NCBI GenBank assembly: GCA_002703375.1
Contig: NZTO01000049.1
Span: 38,901-102,900, forward strand
Length of the DNA: 64,000 bases
Reading direction: 5' to 3'
From: Fidelibacterota bacterium
GTDB taxonomy: Bacteria; Fidelibacterota; Marinisomatia; SCGC-AAA003-L08; GCA-002704045
In this document: positions 29,117 through 37,200 of the stretch, in pieces
Position numbering within the stretch: position 1 is the stretch's first letter
Layout of the letters: each line of letters starts with the position of its first letter
The notes under the pieces: model-generated
Seen by the model: only the letters and a program-made list of their open reading frames with translations
Database searches by the model: none
What the model was told of the DNA's origin: nothing
Program-made: the position numbers and the translations under genes

Positions 29117-29872
29117 CTATATAATCTCGTCGACCAACCCAAACCCTAAACACGTTTCTGCATCTAACCATAAATCTTTCTGCAATAAGTAATTTAAATG
29201 AGCAGATTTTAATTTCGTACGATTTAAATAAATATTTCCTATGATGTTCATCAATACCCCCATATTTGTCATCTGATCCTGGAGTTCATTGTATTTTCCC
29301 GAATCCGTACCAGATAATTGATGTATTAACATTAAAGAATTTTTTGTCATGTACCTCTTCTTACCCACCACACTTATCAATGTTGCCGCACTCGCCGCAA
29401 AACCATCGATATAAGTATATACAGGTGTTTTAAGATTTTGAATTACATCTAATACATATAATGTATGATACAAACTACCTCCCTGACTTTGAATATGCAA
29501 ATGAATTGGTGGTGGTTTTATTTTATACTGTAAATGAAATATTTGCGATTTCACATCTAAGTCATTTAACCTATTTTTTAACTCATAACAACTTCTTTGG
29601 GAAACCGGACCGTAAAAATATATTTCATTATTAATATCGTGGATTATTCCTACCTCTCCACTTACCACATCTTCATTTAAAAATATCTTTTTCTGTATGT
29701 CACTCTCCTTTTTAATATACGGTTCGCGCTTTACAATATCCGCAGATTCATCCTTATTTGTATTGAACGAAGAAGTCATCCCGATAAAACTACCTAAAGC
29801 TTGCCGACGATTTATCGAAAAACTGTCGGACCCCAAAAAAAGCACTGTTAAAAGTACTTGCTTTAAATACAT
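29117..29872 (-). CDS. clpP: ClpP-family (S14) serine protease with N-terminal presequence
   Basis: Collinear with ClpP: IQSQGGSLYHTLYVLDVIQ (INSPGGS-like), catalytic Ser in DGFAASAATLI, catalytic His in LMLIHQLSG, Asp region KDLWLDAETCLGFGLVDEII. About 90 aa precede the core, starting with the hydrophobic MYLKQVLLTVLFLG. Confidence 0.8.
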   Translation of the reverse strand: MYLKQVLLTVLFLGSDSFSINRRQALGSFIGMTSSFNTNKDESADIVKREPYIKKESDIQKKIFLNEDVVSGEVGIIHDINNEIYFYGPVSQRSCYELKNRLNDLDVKSQIFHLQYKIKPPPIHLHIQSQGGSLYHTLYVLDVIQNLKTPVYTYIDGFAASAATLISVVGKKRYMTKNSLMLIHQLSGTDSGKYNELQDQMTNMGVLMNIIGNIYLNRTKLKSAHLNYLLQKDLWLDAETCLGFGLVDEII

Positions 29873-29902
29873 TTATATATATATATATAAAGGTATTTAA
29901 AA

Positions 29903-31489
29903 TTATTCATAGGATTGTAAAATTCGTGCTGATGGATCCTTAATATTGCCACACCATTTAGGTAGCCATAAATAAGGTATTGTTTCTTCAAATCCACCAT
30001 AATTATTCGAGAAAATCTCTCGATAATATAAACTTTCTTTTAAATATGGTACATTGTGAACACATTTTTTAATTCCCTTGTAAAATTCCGCGTCTGATAT
30101 TTGTTTATCAACTTTCCTTTGAATAATCGAATACCAAGATTCACTCTTTGAAGATACTCCATCGGAAAATGCCTCTTTCGTTCTCCAGACAATGCTACTT
30201 GGTAAATCATGTTCAAATGCAACCCGCAAAAGAAACTTTTCTACTCCATTCCATCTCGCCGGTATTTTTAATTCCGGATCTATGGACATGTAATAATCTA
30301 TAAATTCCTTATCTAAAAATGGAACACGACATTCTAATCCCCATGACGCTATTGATTTCTCCCCGCGCAATACATCAAAATAGTTCAAATCCTTCAACAA
30401 TCGAATCGTCTCCTCGTAAAAACTCTCTTCACTTGGTGCATTTCTAAAATATAGATAACTCCCGGATGCTTCATCACTTCCTTCTCCACTAAATAACACC
30501 TTAATATCAAAGTTCTCTTTTATATATTTCGTAAGTAAAAACATCGGGATACTCGCTCTAACCGTTGTTGTATCATACGATTCAATATGGTATATAACAC
30601 TGTCTATCGCATTAAACATATAATCCTCATCTAATATTAATTCATAATGTTCAGTGTTAAGATGCTCGGCAACTATTCTCGCATACTTTAAATCTTCACT
30701 CCCCCTCAACCCTACAGAAAACGTCTTCAATGTATCTCCCTTGTTATATTTTGTTAAAATCGCTGCAATAATACTACTATCTAACCCACCCGAAAGCAAA
30801 CAACCAAACGGTCGTTCCGTTAATAACCTTCTCTGTACTGACGCCTCCAATTTTTCACGGATTTTTATTACTACATCAACATGAACCTCCAATATTGTCT
30901 TATATTCATAATTATAAAATCTCTTTTTTATACCACCTAATTCCATATAGCAACCCGGCTCAAACTGCTCCGCCTCCAAACATAATTTATTTAAACACTT
31001 TAACTCACTACCTATAACTACCTCATCTTTGTCCGTTCTCCCTATATATAACGACCTTACTCCAAAAGGATCCCTCGCAACATACTTTTTATCCTTCTCT
31101 AGATCTATCAATATAAAAGCATAATCCCCATTTAATCTATGTAGCGTCTCCTCTATTCCATATTTTACATAAAGATGAATAATAATCTCACTGTCACTTT
31201 TCGAATACACCGAAAAATTCTCCTCCTTCATTATATCATCATAATTAAATATCTCTCCATTACACAACAAAATAATGTTTGGATACATCTCTAAATTTAT
31301 TGGTTGACTACCTTTATCCGTTAAATCATTTATACAAAGACGATGAAACATTAAATACATAGAATCTATTACTAACTCTTTTGTATTATCCGGCCCTCTA
31401 TGTTGAATCTTATTTCCCTCCGCAAATAATGTATCACGTAATTCTTGTGTAATTGTACCAGAACCAAAAAAACCAAATATACCACACAT
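29903..31489 (-). CDS. asnB: asparagine synthetase (glutamine-hydrolysing)
   Basis: N-terminal nucleophile MCGIFG, the PP-loop LLSGGLDSS, and full-length collinearity with AsnB. Confidence 0.9.
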   Translation of the reverse strand: MCGIFGFFGSGTITQELRDTLFAEGNKIQHRGPDNTKELVIDSMYLMFHRLCINDLTDKGSQPINLEMYPNIILLCNGEIFNYDDIMKEENFSVYSKSDSEIIIHLYVKYGIEETLHRLNGDYAFILIDLEKDKKYVARDPFGVRSLYIGRTDKDEVVIGSELKCLNKLCLEAEQFEPGCYMELGGIKKRFYNYEYKTILEVHVDVVIKIREKLEASVQRRLLTERPFGCLLSGGLDSSIIAAILTKYNKGDTLKTFSVGLRGSEDLKYARIVAEHLNTEHYELILDEDYMFNAIDSVIYHIESYDTTTVRASIPMFLLTKYIKENFDIKVLFSGEGSDEASGSYLYFRNAPSEESFYEETIRLLKDLNYFDVLRGEKSIASWGLECRVPFLDKEFIDYYMSIDPELKIPARWNGVEKFLLRVAFEHDLPSSIVWRTKEAFSDGVSSKSESWYSIIQRKVDKQISDAEFYKGIKKCVHNVPYLKESLYYREIFSNNYGGFEETIPYLWLPKWCGNIKDPSARILQSYE

Positions 31490-31657
31490 TAACTATCTAT
31501 ATTGTTATATTTTTATATGCATAAAACAATATCATTTATAAAAAAGAATGTAACAACGAAGAATTAAAAAATGAATGGAGAATAATTATGACTTCAAAAT
31601 ACCCCTCTGATTGTAATTATATAATAAATGAACCCGAAAACAATTTGGAATTTTAAC

Positions 31658-32119
31658 TTAAATGTTTTCCTTACATTTTTTTATTGTTATTTTCCCATTA
31701 CCTGAAGGATCGCTACTAGATGAATAGATTAATTCTGTAAAAGGAACTTCATTTTTCCATTCCAAATAAAATTTGGACCATATTTTCTCACCAAATATAT
31801 TTATCACGATATATACACGGTAATCTTCATAATATTTATAGTTAAAACGACCGTCATCATCTGGAAAACACTGTCTACTGATTTCAATCATCATTTGTTC
31901 GTTCTCAATTTTAATAACTTTTGGTTTATTATCTATAAAGTACCTACTGATTTCAACCTTCATTCGATCATTATCAACAATTGCGGGTTTAGGTTCAAAT
32001 GACCGTGAATCTTTTAAACCTGGTTCTTTATCAAAATATTTTGAAATGAGTTCTTTTGATATATAAAGTATATGCTCACTGGCTTCCCTTTTAAATTCTG
32101 CGCTCAGTCGTGGTGTCAT
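31658..32119 (-). CDS. hypothetical protein (153 aa after start trimming)
   Basis: ORF track gives 31658..32161. The ATG at 32119 (MTPRLSAEF) lies 38 nt downstream of an AAAATTGA box, and that box sits inside the longer ORF version. Confidence 0.5.
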   Translation of the reverse strand: MTPRLSAEFKREASEHILYISKELISKYFDKEPGLKDSRSFEPKPAIVDNDRMKVEISRYFIDNKPKVIKIENEQMMIEISRQCFPDDDGRFNYKYYEDYRVYIVINIFGEKIWSKFYLEWKNEVPFTELIYSSSSDPSGNGKITIKKCKENI

Positions 32120-32157
32120 AATAGTATGTATACATAAATAATGTGATATATTTAAAT

Positions 32158-32165
32158 TCAATTTT
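32158..32165 (-). promoter_or_regulatory. AAAATTGA early-promoter-like box
   Basis: The plus strand reads tcaatttt. It lies 38 nt upstream of ATG 32119. Confidence 0.45.
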
Positions 32166-32277
32166 TAAATATATAGGTGTGTATCTTTACACGTAAATAG
32201 GTCATAAACTTAATTTTAATTTTTTAATAAAATCTCTCTAACTTTCTTTTACAAACCTAAAAATATAATAAATAAAA

Positions 32278-32285
32278 AAAATTGA
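32278..32285 (+). promoter_or_regulatory. AAAATTGA early-promoter-like box
   Basis: 38 nt upstream of ATG 32324 of the MORN mini-gene. Confidence 0.45.
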
Positions 32286-32323
32286 ATCGATTTGAATACT
32301 TATATGATACGTATTCAAATAAT

Positions 32324-32494
32324 ATGACTTCAAAAGGACCTGAAGAATGTAAACATGACAATCGCAGCATAACATATGAGAGCGGCGCCAAATACGAGGG
32401 TGACTTGAAGGATGATAAGAGGCATGGCAAGGGCACCTGCACTTGGGCGGACGGCGGCAAGTACGAGGGGATAATTTACCAAAGATATACATGA
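32324..32494 (+). CDS. MORN-repeat mini-protein or truncated MORN gene (56 aa from ATG)
   Basis: AKYEGDLKDDKRHGKGTCTWADGGKYEG matches the MORN repeat consensus (YxG..x..HGxG....DG..YxG). The track ORF starts at a TTG (32282); the first ATG is 32324. The 3-prime part is GC-rich. Confidence 0.4.
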   Translation: MTSKGPEECKHDNRSITYESGAKYEGDLKDDKRHGKGTCTWADGGKYEGIIYQRYT

Positions 32495-32793
32495 CTTAAT
32501 ATCTTTGGATTGTAATATCCATCACTCTTTCGCTTTTCCTTGCGAATCGCCGCTGCACGACTCTTTACTCCCGAATGTCTCATGAAATAACGCTGCATCC
32601 TTTTACGTGTTCCGTGATCACGACCTTTGTATAATTTTAACGGAGTTCTATCCTTGTATTGTTGATAATCCTTGTGTCCAAAATGTATCTTTCTAACCGT
32701 TTTATTCTTTTTATCTCGCACATAGGCTGTATACTTTTTTTTCCGTGGACCACGCTCAAATTTTACAATACTTTCCTTCATTAATATATACAC
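32476..32793 (-). CDS. conserved basic hypothetical protein (about 100 aa)
   Basis: KKKYTAYVRDKKNKTVRKIHFGHKDYQQYKDRT...DHGTRKRMQRYFMRH is a Lys/Arg-rich family I recall from algal giant viruses (recall only). Confidence 0.55.
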   Translation of the reverse strand: MYILMKESIVKFERGPRKKKYTAYVRDKKNKTVRKIHFGHKDYQQYKDRTPLKLYKGRDHGTRKRMQRYFMRHSGVKSRAAAIRKEKRKSDGYYNPKILSHVYLW

Positions 32794-32941
32794 ATATTTA
32801 TTTAGTAAAATTAATTTGTTTAATTATACTAAATGAAAAAAAAAATAAATTTAAAATTAAATGAAAAAACCTTTCAAGGTTTATTGGGAGCATTCACTAT
32901 TTTCTTTTTAATAATAGTATTCACTCTATAACATAATAATT

Positions 32942-34207
32942 TTATTCTATATTATCCAAAATTTCCTCGACCACCTCTTTAACTTCCGTTTCCTCTTTTG
33001 GTTCTAATTCTGCTTTCTTTGGACGATTCTTATAATTCAACACAAACATCTGCTGCGATTCATGTAAACTGTTAAAATACTCAAATACTCGCGTTAGTGT
33101 CATCGTTTGTCTATCTTTTAAAAAGATCTTATGCAAACTAAACATATGAATTCGATACTCATTCGGCCAATCCTTTACAGGCTTCTGCTTTTTTACGTAA
33201 CATCCCACATAACTCTTCCACAAATTATGAACATAAGATGTAATCTCGTTCTTATAAGATAAATATTTATCCGCATCTAGCGGAAAATACTTCAAATATT
33301 CCGTGATTTTTTTGTGTTTTCGAAGTGTTAAATACTGATATTTTGGTTTAATTTGATTACCCCTTAAACTTTTTAAATATTCATAATTAGAACAACGAAT
33401 CTTCCAACGACAACCATCATCAGCCTTAATTACAACTCCTGGCATACAAGACATTCTATCAAAATCAAACTGATTATACCTAACCCAAGGATGAAATTCT
33501 TTTTTAAACCACTCTGTGAAAGGTTTTTCTTCATCGTTATTATTAGAATAGTGCTCTGTAAACTTACAACACGAAAGAGCCTTGATATCTAACATTTCAT
33601 CATCCGTAAGAATAGTTATAAGCGTTCCACCCTCCGACAACCGCTCGATATTATAGACTTCGACACAATATAAAGCCGGGGTTTTGTGTTGATTGATGAT
33701 TAAATTTTCAGGATGTTGCATTACAAAACTATAACTATACTTTTTAGGCAAATCATCAAATTCCAAATTACAAGAAAGACACGCCTCCAAAAACATCTCA
33801 CGAAAAGTTTTAACACCGGGTTCTTGAACATACGTCGCTCTACCGCCAATATTACTACGGGTTGCCATTTCCCACTTTTCATTAAATACATCATAAAACA
33901 AATTAATCATTGTTCCCTCTATCATCTCTTCAATTTGAAGACCACCCTCCGGTAATTGAACTCCTTCTAAATCTTTAGTATTAATCTTAGTAGATTTAAA
34001 TGGAGAACATGCAACAATATAATCATTTTTGTCTACTACCAAAGAACGATATCTTCCATACTTTGTAAAATCTGATACTTTTTCCTTTTTGTATCTTAAA
34101 ATAAAATGATTTTCATCCTTTTTATTTCTGTACACTTTCATAGAATCGTCCATTTTAAGACGACTAATATCATCTTTGCTTATAGTTATAAGTGTCATGT
34201 GATACAA
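32942..34207 (-). CDS. hypothetical protein (421 aa)
   Basis: Long ORF with weak, unconfirmed resemblance to nucleotidyltransferase/RNA-ligase motif spacing (see rejected list). Confidence 0.55.
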   Translation of the reverse strand: MYHMTLITISKDDISRLKMDDSMKVYRNKKDENHFILRYKKEKVSDFTKYGRYRSLVVDKNDYIVACSPFKSTKINTKDLEGVQLPEGGLQIEEMIEGTMINLFYDVFNEKWEMATRSNIGGRATYVQEPGVKTFREMFLEACLSCNLEFDDLPKKYSYSFVMQHPENLIINQHKTPALYCVEVYNIERLSEGGTLITILTDDEMLDIKALSCCKFTEHYSNNNDEEKPFTEWFKKEFHPWVRYNQFDFDRMSCMPGVVIKADDGCRWKIRCSNYEYLKSLRGNQIKPKYQYLTLRKHKKITEYLKYFPLDADKYLSYKNEITSYVHNLWKSYVGCYVKKQKPVKDWPNEYRIHMFSLHKIFLKDRQTMTLTRVFEYFNSLHESQQMFVLNYKNRPKKAELEPKEETEVKEVVEEILDNIE

Positions 34208-34284
34208 AAATATAAGTGAATCTCTTTAACTAATTTATAAAATGTTTAATGATAATTTATTTATTTCTACCTTAAATATAAGAT

Positions 34285-37200
34285 ATGTCGGAGAGTTCAA
34301 TACAAATCCAATTAAATGATATAATTCAAATAAATTCACCAGAAAATCCAGTTTTTCATAATAAAATCTTCATTGTTATCTATGCAAGTGAAAGTAAGAT
34401 CAAGATAATAGATTCTCCTGTAAATTTTTTAGAAACGAAGGAAGATTCTTTTCAAGAATTTAATTTACCAATCGAAGATGGTAATTTATTAGATCCAACC
34501 ATAGAAAGTATTGACTTATTAAGTAGAGATGATAATCCTGGATTTGCGATGCAAAATAATTTAACCCCGAACACATGGATTGATATAACTTTTAGCGAAG
34601 AAATACCATCTATCATTACTGGAGAGATTACTAATTTAGAAGAAGATATGATTGAAATAAAAATATATCCTTCCAATAAGGTTATTTACATTGATTTTAA
34701 ATATCAGGGTATACCCGATGATTTACCTATAAAAAGTATTTTAATCCGCGAAAAACCAAAAGAAACAATACTTGATACTACATCAAGGGCTGAATTGGGA
34801 GTATCGCAGCAGGAAGGTGTTAATCTGGATGAGGAAGAGGAAAAGGCCAAAGGAGAAGATGACAAGAGTGAGGAGGGTGACGAGAGTAATGAAATAGAAC
34901 CGGAAGAATCAAAAATAGTATTGGTCGAGTTGGATCAAGTAATATTAGAAGGAGATGCAATACAATTTGGTGAAGAACTTGGAGAGATTTATCAAGAAGT
35001 CACCGTAGACGAGGCAAATAAAAGATATTCAATAGACAGCCAAACAAATGATTTGATGGATGATATGATTTCCAGAATACCTACTAGAGAGAGAACACCA
35101 GAAGTTCTTAACTATTTACATTTGCAAATAAATCGTTTCATAGAACTACGTAAGGAGTTTTCCAAGTTCGATGAAAATGGAAATGCAAATATGCCAAATT
35201 ATAAAGGAGTTAATAATAAACCACTTATCACAGAACTGAAAGATTTCAAAAAGAAGATACCATGGTTAATACCAGTCGCTAAAAATAAGAGAAAGATATA
35301 TCACGGTGAAACAAATGAAACGTCTATTACCGGGGAAAAAATATACGCCCCTCTAACGGATGAAGAATATAATGAAATGGACATACAAAATAAATTAATA
35401 TCAGATGAAAATTTAAATGAAAATAATTATTTAAAACAATACCGTAATGACAAACAAAACACATTTAATTATAATGAACAACGCTATAAAACATTAGTTA
35501 AAAGGGTAACTAGTTTATACACACCATTTAATAAAACCGAAAATAATCATGATATTATATACGAAGCAGAAGTACAATCTTTGTTAAATGTTTTAATAAA
35601 CAATCAGGAAGATTACGATTCATTTGCCGTAAAAGATATGAATATTAAAAAAACTAAATTTCTTATGCAAAATTATGTTCCATCTATAGACCTAATTAGA
35701 ATGGATGCATTGAATAATACATATAAAGTAAGTATATCTAATAAGGATACATTGCAACTATTATCTTTTATGATGTTACCAAAAAATGTAATGAAATACT
35801 CAAAGGCCTTTTTACATGAATCCAATATCCTAGAAAAAATGGAATTAAATTCAAATCCATTTTATTACTATAAATTATTAAATAAACATACCGCACCAAA
35901 TACAATAGATATTAATAGTTTTGAAAATAAAAAAAATTACGATAAAGTAAAATTCTTATCTACCATAACAGAATTTACATTAGATTCATCCATACAAGAT
36001 GAAGATAAATACGATAAATTTTTGAACACTATTGTTCCAAAAATAAAAGACCTATTTTTATACACAAAAAATTTTATCGATGGATATTCCGTAAGAGCAA
36101 TTATAAAAGAAATGGAACCATTCCACGTTTATGGTGAAGACATAACATATCGACAATACGAAGAGTTTAGAACATTTTTAAAACTACAAATCATTGAATA
36201 TAAAAAAAATTTTGTGCAAAAATCCAAGGATTTCAAAAAAATACACCCTCGAAACGATAAACAAGAAGTACATCCTTTACCATTAGCCGTTAGTAACATA
36301 AAACACCCGCTTAATGATAAACTAATGGATTCATATGTATACGAAGAATTATATAATGTCACTACAAATAAAGATTCGACCGCTGAAATCATAAAAAAAT
36401 TAATGATAGATAGTTTTCAAATGGCCAGTAATTCAAATACTTATGGAAACTTGGAATTATTTGGTATAATAGATATCGAAACCGAAATTAAATCTCTCGA
36501 GAATCAATTCTTGGAAGAAAAAAAAGAAGAGGAAGCAAAGGATGATTGCGGTGTGTTCGTTCTTGGGAAAAAGTACGAAGATTATGATGAATTACTGGAA
36601 GATAATGATCGAGATATATATTTCGATAAAAGTTATGATACAACAATATACGACATAATAGATAATTACAAAGAACAACAACAAACTATGGATAAAGATC
36701 AATTTAACATATTCTTAATTGAAGAATTGAAAAAAAATATCGGTCTTTCGGCAGAAAAAGCGAGAGATGATGCCGAGGCTATGATATTAGGTAAACGCCC
36801 GGTAAAAGAAGGGAATTATGCAATGTTAATAAATAGGGGCGATTCAGAGGATGAAAACGATCAATCCTTTTTCCGCCGAGTAAATAATAAATGGGAAAGA
36901 GACGAAGCAATGAAAGGAATATATGCAGATAATCAAAAAATATTCTGTAATATGAAATCCACCTGCTTCCAAATAAATAATGTTTGTAGTTCTAATGAAA
37001 CCGCAGAAAATGAACTAAAGCAAAATGCAATTAAGTACATATTAAATGAATTTGATAAAAGACTAGAATTGGGTATTGATGAAATAACAGATAAAATTAA
37101 AAGAAACATACAAGAAAATGAAAGAATGCTAAAAGCCAAAATACAAATAGAAAAATTTCATTTGCTTAAACATAATAATTTCAAATTTATGCTCGGTGGT

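Noticed and set aside
32238-32492. Two minus-strand ORFs (84 and 67 aa) opposite the MORN mini-gene.
   Set aside because: They open up only because of the local GC-rich patch and have no motif. The plus-strand reading gives a clean MORN repeat.
32942-34207. Possible RNA-ligase/adenylyltransferase assignment, based on segments EEMIEGTMINLFY, YSFVMQHPEN and PGVVIKA...RWKIRCSNY that resemble motifs I, III, IV and V.
   Set aside because: The position expected for the catalytic motif-I lysine (KxxG) is occupied by Met in my alignment, and the similarity is only by eye. I left it as hypothetical. A profile search could revive the idea.
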